NCBI GenBank assembly: GCA_965249485.1
Contig: OZ252239.1
Span: 1,120,001 to 1,184,000, forward strand
Source: a bacterium
GTDB taxonomy: Bacteria > SM23-31
Length of the DNA: 64,000 nt
Reading direction: 5' to 3'
Shown here: positions 1 to 11,046 of the stretch, piece by piece
Numbering within the stretch: the stretch's first letter is position 1
Layout: each line of letters starts with the position of its first letter
Notes under the pieces: model-generated
The model's input: the letters and a program-made list of their open reading frames with translations, nothing else
Database searches by the model: none
What the model was told of the DNA's origin: nothing
Program-made: the position numbers and the translations under genes

Positions 1-2
1 AA

Positions 3-377
3 GATATTGCGTGGAGCACTTTGGGTGGAAACAATGAACGGCTTCGTCATAACATTGAACCGCTTGCAACGGTTGTAGCTCCACCTTCCACACTGCTTAT
101 GCCGCAGGAACGGGTTTTCAACTGGCCGAATCCAAATGAAGACAACTGGACAAACATCCGCTATTTTCTCAATCATCCTGCCGATGTTCGTGTAAAGATA
201 TTCACACAGATCGGAGAACTGGTTGCTAATCTGACCGGGCCAGGAATCCCACAAGTCGATAACGAGATAACGTGGGATCTGACCGGTATCAACAGCGGAG
301 TCTATTTTGCCGAAGTGTCTGCATCCGGAAACGGACTGCATGAGACAAAAGTTATTAAAATTGCCGTAATAAAATAA
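3..377 (+). CDS. 3' end of a secreted protein with a T9SS/FlgD-Ig type C-terminal domain (partial, begins upstream of the window)
   Basis: Frame is open from base 3. FNWPNP...VKIFTQIGELV...WDLTGINSGVYF...KIAVIK matches the CTD pattern. Confidence 0.75.
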   Translation, partial: DIAWSTLGGNNERLRHNIEPLATVVAPPSTLLMPQERVFNWPNPNEDNWTNIRYFLNHPADVRVKIFTQIGELVANLTGPGIPQVDNEITWDLTGINSGVYFAEVSASGNGLHETKVIKIAVIK

Positions 378-468
378 ATGCTGTAATAAAATATATAATT
401 AATCTGTATATTATATGTTTGCACATTAACAATACTACGTATTCAAACAACAAAACAGAAAAAAGGAT

Positions 469-3400
469 ATGAATCATATAAAAGCGAAGATTCTGTACCG
501 AACTACATCACTTATATGTGCTCTCATAACAGCACTCGCCCTGCTGCCCGGAGCCGGTATTGCGCAGATTGGCCAGCATAACCATCCCGAATTGAAGTGG
601 GAAACAATCGAGACAGAGCATTTCAAAATCCACTATCACGACGGTGAATACCGGACGCCCCGTATCATTGCCAAAATTATAGAAGAAGTATACGATCCGG
701 TGACGAAGGCGTACAATTTCGAACCTGATGGAATAATCGATGTCGTTGTACGGGATCATGATGACTACTCTAACGGCGCAGCCTATTTCTACAATAATCA
801 AATTGAAATCTGGGCTTCTTCACTCGATTTTCTTCTGCGCGGCACAAGCAACTGGCTGCGAAATGTTATCACGCATGAATTCACCCACATGATTCAGGTT
901 CAGACAGCCCGGAAGCTTCCCCGAAGAATTCCCGCGCTCTATTTACAATATTTCGGTTATGAAAATGAACGACGCTCGGATGTGCTAACGGGATTCCCAA
1001 ATAGGATAGTTTCGTATCCAATAGCAGGCACAGTTATGCCGAGTTGGTATGCAGAAGGCGCCGCACAATATCAGACTATGCTGGAAGGGTACGAAGCATG
1101 GGATTCACACCGTGATATGATTCTCAGGACTCGTGCACTCAACAATGGTGTTTATTCCCTTTCGGAAATGGGTGTATTCGGAAAAACATCCATCGGTAAT
1201 GAATCGGTCTATAATCAGGGTTTTTCATTTATTACCTATCTTGCTGATACCTATGGCGAAGATGTGCTTGCAAGGATATCCCATACTATGTCCTCCCCGT
1301 TTGTATTTACGATTGAACAGGCGATCAAGCGTGAGACGGGAATAAATGGCAAAGAGGTATTCAACGCATGGAAAACCGAACTGGAGCAGAAGTATCTTCG
1401 GACATCGGACAAAATTGATAAAAACCTCAAAGAGGGGACAATCGTCCGGGAAGAAGGAAGTGGTAATGTTTATCCGCAGTGGTCACCGTCGGGTGAGTCT
1501 TTTGTTTTTCTGTCAAACGGACAGAGCGATTTTCTCTCTGCGACCGGTCTTTATCTCAAACAGCAGGATGATGACAAAGCTAAGTTTTTGAAAAGCGGAG
1601 TCGGGTCACCGCCTGCGTGGGACAAATCGGGTGAACGGTTAGTCTATTCGAAGTTGACGCAAAACGACAACAATTCCTATTTTTATGATCTCTACCTTTA
1701 CAATGTTGAAACAGAAAAAGAAGAAAAGCTGACCGATAGCCAACGGGCACACTATCCTTCATTTGATCCCGATATGCAGACCGTCTATTTTGTTTCCTCG
1801 ACTGACCGGTTTTCAACACTGAATGCCATTGATCTGAAAACTAAAGAAACACAGCTAATAAAAGCCTTTGATATTGGTCAGGATGTGTTCATGTCAAGCG
1901 TTTCCCCCGATGGCAGCCGCATCGTTTTTGCCGTATCATCGGGGTTTGCCCGCGATATTGCAATCATGAATACTGACGGGTCCGGCTTTCAATATCTCCT
2001 GAAGGAAAAATATGATGAGCGTAATCCGTCATTTTCGCACGACGGCAAAAGAATCTACTATAGTTCGGACAAAAATGGGATATACAATATTTATGAATAC
2101 GACTTGAATGCACAGAAAAGCGAACCGCTAACGAATGTTCTCGGCGGTGCATTTATGCCATCTCTTAACAAGGAGGGAGATCTCGTTTTTTCACTTTACA
2201 CAGATGGCGGATATAAAATTGCGATTCTTGACAACATGGACCCTGTAGAGCCGACAAATATGACGTATAGATCTGGTTACGGTGAGAGTCTTCCTGATGT
2301 CAATTATGACGATACGGAGTTTGCCGATTTAACTGCTGAGCCCTATGAACTTCACTATTCGTCCACATTCTTTATGCCGAGATTGATATTCGACTGGAAC
2401 GGCACAAAATTAGGTTTCTACACAAGTGCAAGCGATATACTTGGAAAATACAATCTTATTGCCGGCGCAGCTATGAACACTGAGACTGATCGTGATCTCT
2501 TTGCACTGATGGATTTCCGTTTTCTCGAGCAGACACTTTTTTTGGAATTGTTTAATACAACACGCAACACAAATTTTTTCAGTGAGCCAGACGATCCCCA
2601 GGTTCGCAGAGATGACGTTGCAATTGGGTACTGGGAAGCAGCAATCGGCGCCCGGCAGACGCTTTCCCGGACTCAGAATTTAAGTATAAGAGCGTCTATA
2701 TCAAGACAGAATTATAATGATGATCCGACTATTAACGGAATAAATTTTCCGGCGATCAGGTTCGATTATTACAAGGGCCTCGATATCGGTGCGCAATGGA
2801 CATACAGAAAACTACTTCCGCGCCTCGATGGGCTCATTAATCCATCCGACGGTAGAATGGTATCTGCATGGTACTGGTTTCGCTCGGATAAGATATTTCA
2901 GGATTTCGCAATCGATCCGACCTCTGGATTTTTGGATGAAATATTCAAGAAATTTAATTACCACCGATTCGATATCGATTGGAAAGAATACTACAATTTA
3001 TCATCATTTTACGACCGGAGCGCTCTAACGCTCCATTTTCAGGGGGGGATTATCAGCAGGCCTGTTGACGATTTTTTCTACTATTTTGCCGGAGGTCTTC
3101 GTGGGCTGAAAGGATACTCATATTACAGCATTGAGGGTAGGAAAAAAGCAATACTTTCGGCAACGTACCGCTTTCCTCTGCTGACCAATATAGGTAAACA
3201 AATTGGTGTGTGGTATTTCGATAAATTATATGGATCAGTCGGTTATCAGGTCGGCAACGCCTGGGATAATGGATTTGTTAAATCGGATGATCTGAAAAAT
3301 GTTATCGATCTCGGACTCCGCCTCGACACGTTTTCGTTCTATTCATATCCCACGAATATAGCATTCAATGCCGCATATGGATTGAATGAATTACCTTTTG

Positions 3401-3483
3401 GAAGTGTTGAGACCAATAATTTTAGTATGCAGGGTAAAGAGTGGAAATTTTTCTTCACAGTGCTGTTCGGCTATGCATTTTAA
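469..3483 (+). CDS. Outer-membrane protein: zincin-like peptidase domain + TolB/PD40 beta-propeller + C-terminal beta-barrel
   Basis: Signal peptide; HEFTH and WYAEGAA motifs; repeated PxWSPxG/PSFSxDG blades; Omp85-like LRGLKGY motif; terminal Phe. Confidence 0.75.
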   Translation: MNHIKAKILYRTTSLICALITALALLPGAGIAQIGQHNHPELKWETIETEHFKIHYHDGEYRTPRIIAKIIEEVYDPVTKAYNFEPDGIIDVVVRDHDDYSNGAAYFYNNQIEIWASSLDFLLRGTSNWLRNVITHEFTHMIQVQTARKLPRRIPALYLQYFGYENERRSDVLTGFPNRIVSYPIAGTVMPSWYAEGAAQYQTMLEGYEAWDSHRDMILRTRALNNGVYSLSEMGVFGKTSIGNESVYNQGFSFITYLADTYGEDVLARISHTMSSPFVFTIEQAIKRETGINGKEVFNAWKTELEQKYLRTSDKIDKNLKEGTIVREEGSGNVYPQWSPSGESFVFLSNGQSDFLSATGLYLKQQDDDKAKFLKSGVGSPPAWDKSGERLVYSKLTQNDNNSYFYDLYLYNVETEKEEKLTDSQRAHYPSFDPDMQTVYFVSSTDRFSTLNAIDLKTKETQLIKAFDIGQDVFMSSVSPDGSRIVFAVSSGFARDIAIMNTDGSGFQYLLKEKYDERNPSFSHDGKRIYYSSDKNGIYNIYEYDLNAQKSEPLTNVLGGAFMPSLNKEGDLVFSLYTDGGYKIAILDNMDPVEPTNMTYRSGYGESLPDVNYDDTEFADLTAEPYELHYSSTFFMPRLIFDWNGTKLGFYTSASDILGKYNLIAGAAMNTETDRDLFALMDFRFLEQTLFLELFNTTRNTNFFSEPDDPQVRRDDVAIGYWEAAIGARQTLSRTQNLSIRASISRQNYNDDPTINGINFPAIRFDYYKGLDIGAQWTYRKLLPRLDGLINPSDGRMVSAWYWFRSDKIFQDFAIDPTSGFLDEIFKKFNYHRFDIDWKEYYNLSSFYDRSALTLHFQGGIISRPVDDFFYYFAGGLRGLKGYSYYSIEGRKKAILSATYRFPLLTNIGKQIGVWYFDKLYGSVGYQVGNAWDNGFVKSDDLKNVIDLGLRLDTFSFYSYPTNIAFNAAYGLNELPFGSVETNNFSMQGKEWKFFFTVLFGYAF

Positions 3484-3545
3484 TTATTGCCATAGTTTAT
3501 GATTCATTTATTATTTAATCGCAATGGAACTGTCAGGGAGACGGT

Positions 3546-4310
3546 ATGAAAATAGTATCATGTCTACTTATATTTTTCTTGGTAACCGGTACAACAGCTG
3601 CACAGGATTTTGACACAGTTTTCCGCCCGGACAATCAGCTCTCTTTTTCTACTGACCGGAATCAAACCGAGAAAGACAATACATTACGGAATCGTTCCTT
3701 CTCGTTTCATCATCAATTAGATTCCGGAAATTCACAAAAATCACCTATCACTGCTGTAGTACTATCAGGGATTATTCCCGGATTGGGACAATTGTATGCC
3801 GGAGATAAAATAAAAGCGCTCGGGTTTGCTGCAACAGAAGTTGCACTCTGGTTCGGCCGTTCCCAATTCATTGATAAGGGTGACGAAATCAAACAGGAAT
3901 TCAGGACATATGCTGATCAATTTTGGAGTGATTCCGAATATTTTACCTGGGCAGGGATCGTCGATATATCAACGTATTCACATGTTCTGCCCGACACAAA
4001 AACGCAGCAGTATTATGAGATGATAGGCAAATATAACCAATTTCTCGCCGGATGGCCCGATTCCGAAGGCGATCCCGATCAATCGGAAATGCGACTCCAC
4101 TACATGTCACAGCATCATGAAAGTAATAAAAATTACAAAAATGCCGACAAACTTGCACAGATTCTTGTGCTCAACCGGGTCATTAGTGCATTTGACGCGG
4201 CTTTTTCGATTCACAGGAACAATAAAAAGTTGAGAGCCAAATTCCGCGTTAAAAAAATGTATGCAAAATCGGGACTTATGCCGGTCGTCAATCTTAAATA
4301 TACATGGTAA
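3546..4310 (+). CDS. Exported/membrane hypothetical protein (DUF5683/TM2-like)
   Basis: Signal peptide; KSPITAVVLSGIIPGLGQLY motif; RBS GGGAG upstream. Confidence 0.6.
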   Translation: MKIVSCLLIFFLVTGTTAAQDFDTVFRPDNQLSFSTDRNQTEKDNTLRNRSFSFHHQLDSGNSQKSPITAVVLSGIIPGLGQLYAGDKIKALGFAATEVALWFGRSQFIDKGDEIKQEFRTYADQFWSDSEYFTWAGIVDISTYSHVLPDTKTQQYYEMIGKYNQFLAGWPDSEGDPDQSEMRLHYMSQHHESNKNYKNADKLAQILVLNRVISAFDAAFSIHRNNKKLRAKFRVKKMYAKSGLMPVVNLKYTW

Positions 4311-4318
4311 TCTACACG

Positions 4319-4987
4319 ATGATGGCTCTTAAACACAAAGCACTTTTTCTTCTGATATTTCTTACTATTTCCAGCGGAACCACCGCACCGGTATTCGCAC
4401 AGCAAAATCGAAAATCACCGGCCAAAGCATTTCTCTATTCCTTTCTTGTTCCCGGGCTCGGACACTATTATGTTGAAAATGTTGGAAAAGCGCGTTTGTT
4501 TATCGCTGCAGATGTAATACTGTTTGGAATGGGGATCGGTCATACCATTTATTCTGAAACGCTAGAAGATGATTTTAAAGCATTCGGCGCCGCACATGCA
4601 GGATTTGATCCTGCTGGCAAGGACAAGGACTATTTTATTGCAGCATCACGTTTTCTGACAATATACGATTATAATAATGATGTGCGTCTCAATAGAGATT
4701 TTGACAAGGTTTTACCTGAAACCCCCGGAATTCTCTGGTCCTGGGACAGCTCTGAAAATAGGGCTCTATTCTTACAAAGGCGTCTTGATGCAAAAGGGAT
4801 AAGGAATAGAAGAAACTTCTATTTTGCCGGAATGTTTTTAAACCATGTCCTTAGCGGCATACATGCCTCTTTTATGGCGAAACGCTTTAATGCGCGTTTA
4901 CCCCAAACCGGTTGGAACGTCCGGTTCCGTTCACTACCGCAATATGAAAATCCTACACATTCAGTGCAGGTAACATATAGATTTTAA
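4319..4987 (+). CDS. Exported/membrane hypothetical protein (DUF5683/TM2-like), related to the upstream gene
   Basis: KSPAKAFLYSFLVPGLGHYY motif; signal peptide; ends YRF. Confidence 0.6.
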   Translation: MMALKHKALFLLIFLTISSGTTAPVFAQQNRKSPAKAFLYSFLVPGLGHYYVENVGKARLFIAADVILFGMGIGHTIYSETLEDDFKAFGAAHAGFDPAGKDKDYFIAASRFLTIYDYNNDVRLNRDFDKVLPETPGILWSWDSSENRALFLQRRLDAKGIRNRRNFYFAGMFLNHVLSGIHASFMAKRFNARLPQTGWNVRFRSLPQYENPTHSVQVTYRF

Positions 4988-5077
4988 TAAAAGATATTCT
5001 TACCTTACCAACGATTACAGGACACCTAAATATATATTTTCACTACTACTACTATTGCAAAGAGGAGGGGTTAAACG

Positions 5078-6349
5078 ATGGTAAGAGTATACAGTTTCCT
5101 ACTTATATTCATATTGAGTAGCAGTTCTCTTTTTGCTCAGGAAATGAAAGTCAATGCACAGTTTAGGTATAGGGGTGAATTCGCTAAGAATAAAAGTGCA
5201 TTCAATACCGCAACATTCGGGGACAACTTAGCAGGCGACAGTTTCGGACTTCTCAGAAGCAGGATCGGATTAACATTCACCGGAACCGATGATGTTTCAG
5301 CATTTTTTCAGCTACAGGATTCCAGAAGACTTGGTGAAGAGACAAGTACGCTTTTTGATGCAAATGCTGATCAGTTTGATCTCCATCAGGGATTTCTGGT
5401 GGTCAATCGGTTTCTCTCTGACGATCTTTCATTAAAACTTGGCCGCATGGAGATATCTCTTGGAAATCAGCGGTTCATTGGAGCCGTAAGATGGAGTAAT
5501 ACGGGCCGTTCATTCGATGGTGCACTTCTTGAACGTAAAAACAATCCTTTGAGCTTTACATTATTCGGCGCCAGTATTCATGACGAAGTGCCGACACTTC
5601 ATTTTGATCCTGACGAAAACTTGTATGGATTATTCGGTTCGTACAAGCAGTCGGAGGCGAGGACAATCAACGGATTTGCCTTCTTAAACACGAATAGCGA
5701 CCGTATAACCGGCGGCCCTGATGACGATGACTTGAAATTGGTCCGATTGACAGCAGGTTTCGATTATACAGCATCGGTTGCCAATTTCAGTTATGAGTTT
5801 GAAGGTGCTGCACAATTCGGAAAACAGGATGTAGGTCTCAACAGAGCGAGAGATAATATCAAAGCGTACATGTATGGATTTCGGCTGAAATATTTGTCGC
5901 CGAATGTGAAAAAACCGTTTATCGGTGTCGGTTATGATTTTCTTTCAGGTGATGATAATCCGCTTGACGGTGACAACAAATCCTTCGATACACTTTTTGC
6001 CACCAATCACAAATTCTACGGTTTCATGGACTATTTCATCAATATTCCCGCTGCGACTTCACAGCTTGGATTACAGGATTTTATGGTCAATACAGGTTTC
6101 ACACCGAGAAACGACATTATTGTTGCCGCCGATTGGCATTATCTCCGGGCTCATGAAGAAAACGATGCCGGCAACAGTGCATTCCGTAATGAACTCGATG
6201 TAACGCTTCGCTACAATTACCGGCAGGACCTCGGTTTTCAGGCAGGGGTTTCACTTTTTATACCCGGTGAAATTCCCGATGAAACACCGAACAATGATAC
6301 AATCGGATATTGGTCGTATGTCATGCTGACGTACAATTTTTCACAGTAG
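5078..6349 (+). CDS. Alginate export (AlgE-like) outer-membrane beta-barrel
   Basis: Strong RBS GAGGAGG; signal peptide; QLQDSR, LGRMEI, GRSFDG and FATNHKFYGFMDYF motifs. Confidence 0.75.
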   Translation: MVRVYSFLLIFILSSSSLFAQEMKVNAQFRYRGEFAKNKSAFNTATFGDNLAGDSFGLLRSRIGLTFTGTDDVSAFFQLQDSRRLGEETSTLFDANADQFDLHQGFLVVNRFLSDDLSLKLGRMEISLGNQRFIGAVRWSNTGRSFDGALLERKNNPLSFTLFGASIHDEVPTLHFDPDENLYGLFGSYKQSEARTINGFAFLNTNSDRITGGPDDDDLKLVRLTAGFDYTASVANFSYEFEGAAQFGKQDVGLNRARDNIKAYMYGFRLKYLSPNVKKPFIGVGYDFLSGDDNPLDGDNKSFDTLFATNHKFYGFMDYFINIPAATSQLGLQDFMVNTGFTPRNDIIVAADWHYLRAHEENDAGNSAFRNELDVTLRYNYRQDLGFQAGVSLFIPGEIPDETPNNDTIGYWSYVMLTYNFSQ

Positions 6350-6426
6350 AAGTAGCTCATAAATGAGACAAGCACAAAACAGATTCTTGTCTCTCAATAA
6401 AATAATTATGCAACAGAATTTCATTG

Positions 6427-7079
6427 TTATTCTTTAACGCTTCTGTTCTTGTCAATCCAGTATCCCCACGGTACCAAAAGCCAAAGAATAAGAGCGCTGT
6501 AAGCAAGAGCTGTCTCGTTAGGCGGTGGTGGTGAAAAAAAATTGATAAGCCACACAATAAAGAGAAACACTACAAGAGACCATAATCCGTAAACTCCTTT
6601 TTTGTTGATCGGCCCGGTCGTACGAACATACAAAAAAATAGCTGCAGTGAAAAGACCTCCCTCAATGAGGATAGTCCAGATTGGTGAATTCCAAAGTCCA
6701 AATCCCATCATAATATCAGATCCCGGATAGAGCGGGAGATCAGGCCGATGAGTTACAAGATCGAGCAGCCAGTGGCTTAAAACCGCCCCTGCAACGATGA
6801 ACGCACTCTTTAAAGATCGTTTTCGGAACAGATATACTCGCCCATAACACATCCCCAGAACAGCATTCCCAATAAGCTGTGCGTGTACGGATAATGGTAA
6901 AAATCAAGAGGAGTAACCTCCGTAATTCCGGGAGCAATCCGAACAGATTCTATACCGGCAAGCAGCATAATCGGCCAGATGAGATCAACTAATTGAACCG
7001 CAAGAAAAAGTGTGCCTAGAGCAATCCGGGATTCTCCTCTTTTAATAAAAAAAGCTGCGCTATAGTGTCCTATAAACAT
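6427..7079 (-). CDS. Membrane metal-dependent hydrolase (YdjM-like), split by a frameshift near 6845
   Basis: MFIGH start, PYTHSLL in the 5' ORF and SHWLLDLVTH in the 3' ORF; the two ORFs join at ggcgagta. Confidence 0.75.
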
Positions 7080-7221
7080 TGGGGGTCTCGTTTGGATTTT
7101 CAGAATTTAATTCATACATGCAAAAAATGTCGTTGCGAGCGTCATTCCTTAATGGATTAACTTTGGAAATCCCGCATAAATGTGGTGATCCCTGAGTATT
7201 TTTTAACAGGATTAGATGATT

Positions 7222-7905
7222 TTACACTTCAAGCTTTGTCTGCTCGGCGGGTATAATGTTTTCCGGCGAATTGTTTTTCGGTGAGTTAATGACAGGAGAG
7301 ACGTCATACGCGTTCATGAGGTCAGCATTATAAGGCCGCAAGAGTGGAACAAGATCGTTTTCACTTGTGATTGTGTTGTCGAGCCAGAAATCGATTTTAT
7401 CTTTTGGTATGATGACCGGCATCCGTTCATTGACCGGTTTCAGCCACTCATTTGATGCAATGGTGACGATGGTACACGATGATACCGTTTCACCTTCAGG
7501 GGGCTGCCACTGCTCCCACAGTCCTGCCATACCAAATAGCTTATCTGATTTCAAGTGAACATACACTGGAATCTTTTTACCGCTTTCTTCTCGCCACTCA
7601 TAGTAACCGCTTGCAGGAATGAGGCACCGCCGTTTTTTGAAGGCAAGCCTGAAACTTGGCTTAACGGTAACTGTTTCGGCACGGGTATTGAGCATTTTTG
7701 TACCGATTGACATATCTTTTGCCCAGGGAGGAATGAGTCCCCATCTGAAAAGAACGAAACGTCGACCGCTGTCATCGACAATAGCGGGAATAGTATGTTT
7801 CGGCGCTATGTTGTAGCTCGGTTGAAATCCGGGACCGATATCCTGAATTCCGAATTCCTGCGCAATATCGACTAATTTACTTTCTCGCACAAACCGGTAG
7901 CACAT
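7222..7905 (-). CDS. SRAP family abasic-site processing protein (YedK/HMCES-like)
   Basis: Met-Cys N-terminus; PSYNIAP, RWGLIP, NTRAET, RRCLIPASGYYEW and RMPVI motifs. Confidence 0.9.
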   Translation of the reverse strand: MCYRFVRESKLVDIAQEFGIQDIGPGFQPSYNIAPKHTIPAIVDDSGRRFVLFRWGLIPPWAKDMSIGTKMLNTRAETVTVKPSFRLAFKKRRCLIPASGYYEWREESGKKIPVYVHLKSDKLFGMAGLWEQWQPPEGETVSSCTIVTIASNEWLKPVNERMPVIIPKDKIDFWLDNTITSENDLVPLLRPYNADLMNAYDVSPVINSPKNNSPENIIPAEQTKLEV

Positions 7906-7917
7906 AACGTTATACTT

Positions 7918-9738
7918 TCACTGTGATATTTTGAGAAAGTCGTAATTGGGCGTCATCAGAACAGTATCTTCACTTTTTCTGGTGATCTGTTGCAAAATCT
8001 TGAGGGCGGGCTGTAGTGAACGGAGTGTATTAACAACAGACCCTGTCGTTTCTGTACCAACAGCGGCCAGGCTCATAAATGATTGTATCGACTCAAATAA
8101 TGTCTTCGGTTTCGGAAACTGTTTGATATTGAGCGGGGCATTTTCAGCGAGATCGAGCGCTTCCCGGACCGATCTGAGTGCGGCAGGGTAACCGCCAAGT
8201 TCATCGACCAGACCGAGTGCAAGAGCATCTTCTCCGGTCCATACACGCCCTTTTGCAATTTCTTTAACACCTTCGATATTCAAATCCCGTCCTTCGGCAA
8301 CTTTTGTAGTGAAATCTGCGTAAATATTGTCGAGCCAGTCCTGATACCGTTCCCACTGTTCGGGTGTATAGTCGTGCAGACTTGACCATGCGGTAGCATT
8401 TTCCCCGGCATGAACTTCGTCCCAGGTAATTCCGAGTTTGCCAAAGAAATCCCTCATCAGAAGTTTCAGGCTGAGGACACCGATCGAGCCGGTAATTGTT
8501 GCCGGCTGAGCAATGATCTTATCAGCCGGTATTGAAACAAAATACCCGCCTGACGCGGCAACGTTGCCCATCGAAATAACAACCGGTTTGCCTGCTTCCC
8601 GTGTTTCAAGGACTTCGCGCCAAATAACATCTGAAGCAATATACCCGCCGCCGGGGCTGTCGACTCGGAAAAGTACAGCTTTGATATCCTCATCTTCTGT
8701 CGCTGACCGGAATGCCCGGGTAACGGTTGACGATCCCATAGTTGATGTCATCGAAAATGGATCGAAATCACTCGGTCCACGCTGGATTCCCCCGACCCCG
8801 TAAATGAGCGCGACACCGGTACCTTCACTGTTCGGTCTTCCCGCAATAGAAAGATATTCTGATGTAGAAATATACGACACATCCTCTCCAAACTGCTCTT
8901 CAACAGAATCGAATACCTCGTCACGGTAAGCAAGGCGATCTACAAGTCCCGCTTGTTCCGCGTCGTGACCAAGAAACGGTCCTTGATCGACAAGACTCCG
9001 GACAGCACGTTCAGTCAGTCCGCGCTGTTCCGCAATTCCCCTGATGAATTGGTCATACCGTGAATCAAGCAAGGATTGAGCGGCTTCACGGTGATGTTCG
9101 GTAAATTCTGTTTCAGTAAACATATTAAAGGCGTTTTTATATTCATACCTCCTGTCGCCACGGGGTACAATGCCAAGTTTATCAAACATACCTTTTATAA
9201 ACGGTGACTCACTAATAAATCCCGTAAGGCCGACATCGCCGCTCGGTGCAAGATAAATCTCATCGAATGCGCTTGCTAAATAATACGACCCGTTCCCCGG
9301 CCCAGGACCCCCGAATGTCTCAGAGAACACAAGTGCTGGTTTACCCGATTCCCGGAAGGAAAGCACTACGTCCCGTATCTCCTGAATATGAGCCAGGCCG
9401 ATCAGTCCTGTCCCTGCTTTGGCAAGGAGTGCGACAACCCGGTCATCATGTTGTGCCTGCTCGAGCGCATCGACAACATCTCTTACCTCCATAGTTCCCT
9501 CCAGCATTGCATCGGTAAAGGGATCATCCGGAACATATTCTATAAATGTCTGCTCGAGATTCAATTCGAGTATAGTATTGTCGGAAACACTACCAGTATC
9601 AGAAATAAACAGTAAGCTAATGAAGCCGATAAAGACAGCAATAAAACCGAAAATCGTCAGTCCGCCGATAATGGCTAAAGATTTAACAAAAAAACTGCTT
9701 CCTTTTTTTTGTTCTGGATAATTCGTGCTTTCCATCAC
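7918..9738 (-). CDS. sppA: Signal peptide peptidase A, 67 kDa type
   Basis: YYLASAFD, RVDSPGG, AASGGY and TGSIGV motifs; two S49 domains. Confidence 0.92.
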   Translation of the reverse strand: MMESTNYPEQKKGSSFFVKSLAIIGGLTIFGFIAVFIGFISLLFISDTGSVSDNTILELNLEQTFIEYVPDDPFTDAMLEGTMEVRDVVDALEQAQHDDRVVALLAKAGTGLIGLAHIQEIRDVVLSFRESGKPALVFSETFGGPGPGNGSYYLASAFDEIYLAPSGDVGLTGFISESPFIKGMFDKLGIVPRGDRRYEYKNAFNMFTETEFTEHHREAAQSLLDSRYDQFIRGIAEQRGLTERAVRSLVDQGPFLGHDAEQAGLVDRLAYRDEVFDSVEEQFGEDVSYISTSEYLSIAGRPNSEGTGVALIYGVGGIQRGPSDFDPFSMTSTMGSSTVTRAFRSATEDEDIKAVLFRVDSPGGGYIASDVIWREVLETREAGKPVVISMGNVAASGGYFVSIPADKIIAQPATITGSIGVLSLKLLMRDFFGKLGITWDEVHAGENATAWSSLHDYTPEQWERYQDWLDNIYADFTTKVAEGRDLNIEGVKEIAKGRVWTGEDALALGLVDELGGYPAALRSVREALDLAENAPLNIKQFPKPKTLFESIQSFMSLAAVGTETTGSVVNTLRSLQPALKILQQITRKSEDTVLMTPNYDFLKISQ

Positions 9739-9777
9739 AAGACTCCTTACTGTCGGGTATATCTATGAATTAATATT

Positions 9778-11046
9778 TTATGGTTGTTTGACTATTTTTC
9801 CACCGATCATGACAAACCGGACATCTTCGACTACCCGGATATTGTCAAGCGGATTACCCGGTACGGCGACGATATCTGCTAACCTGCCTTCCTCAAGAAT
9901 CCCTCTGTCGTCAACGCCGAGTAAATCTGCCGCATTGACCGTTGCTGTTCGAAGTGCATCGATCGGCTCCATACCAAGCCGGACAAGAACTTCAAATTCT
10001 TTCGGATTATCACCATGCGGGTAGACTGCCGCATCGGTGCCGAATGCAATTTTGACTCCATCCAGAATTGCTTTTCGGAGGCTTGCGCGAGCCAATGGGA
10101 GTATAAATTCTGCCTTTGCGCGAATCGGCGCGGGCAGTGCATCGAGATTTAGCGCTTCAACGAGATACGTGGTCGGAATGAGATACGTGCCGTTTTCCTT
10201 CATAACATTGATTGCTTCGTCATTCAGCATTGAGCCATGCTCGATTGATGCGATTCCGGCACGGGAAGCGGCAATTATTCCTTCTGTTCCGTGCGCATGG
10301 GCGGCAACCTTGATTCCATGCCTGTTAGCTTCATCAACGATTGCTGCCATTTCCTCTTCGGAATATTGTTGTGCACCGACAGGCCCTTCGAATGAGAGAA
10401 CACCCGCAGTTGCGTTTATCTTAATTACTTTTGCGCCATGTTTAATCTGATACCTGACCGCTTTAACCACTTCATCAACACCATCAGCCACACCCTCCTC
10501 AAAACTTTGTTCAAGAACACCAGGTTTATACCCGGTAACATCACCATGACCACCCGTGATACTGAGGGAATACCCCGCTGGAATAATACGCGGTCCAAGA
10601 ATAGTTCCCTTTTCAATTGCATGCATCAGGGAAACGTCGACAAAATCGTTCGATCCAACATTCCGGATCGTTGTGAAGCCGGCCATAAGTGTAAGTTTAG
10701 CATGTTTGACTCCACTCAATGCAGCATCTGCAGCAGATTCGGTAACGGGACGCAAAGCCAGATTACTGCCTAATTGTGAGGTTATATGGGTATGCATGTC
10801 CATAAATCCCGGCAGTAGTGTCATATCACCGAGATCGATCACTTCAGCGCCTCTGGGAACACGTTCCCGTCCGGCGGAAATGATTCTGTCACCTTCAACG
10901 ACGATTACCGGATCACGAATAACTTCACCCGACACAACATCTATCATTCTGTCTGCACGGATCGCAATGGTTTCCTGCGTATATGCAAATTCAGGAACAA
11001 TAATAATTAGAGCAGTAATAAGGAAAAAGAAAGCATGCTTTTTCAC
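9778..11046 (-). CDS. Exported amidohydrolase (metal-dependent hydrolase A / Xaa-Pro dipeptidase-like)
   Basis: Signal peptide; PGFMDMHTH, AAHAHG, SIEHGS and FGTDAAVYPHG motifs. Confidence 0.88.
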   Translation of the reverse strand: MKKHAFFFLITALIIIVPEFAYTQETIAIRADRMIDVVSGEVIRDPVIVVEGDRIISAGRERVPRGAEVIDLGDMTLLPGFMDMHTHITSQLGSNLALRPVTESAADAALSGVKHAKLTLMAGFTTIRNVGSNDFVDVSLMHAIEKGTILGPRIIPAGYSLSITGGHGDVTGYKPGVLEQSFEEGVADGVDEVVKAVRYQIKHGAKVIKINATAGVLSFEGPVGAQQYSEEEMAAIVDEANRHGIKVAAHAHGTEGIIAASRAGIASIEHGSMLNDEAINVMKENGTYLIPTTYLVEALNLDALPAPIRAKAEFILPLARASLRKAILDGVKIAFGTDAAVYPHGDNPKEFEVLVRLGMEPIDALRTATVNAADLLGVDDRGILEEGRLADIVAVPGNPLDNIRVVEDVRFVMIGGKIVKQP

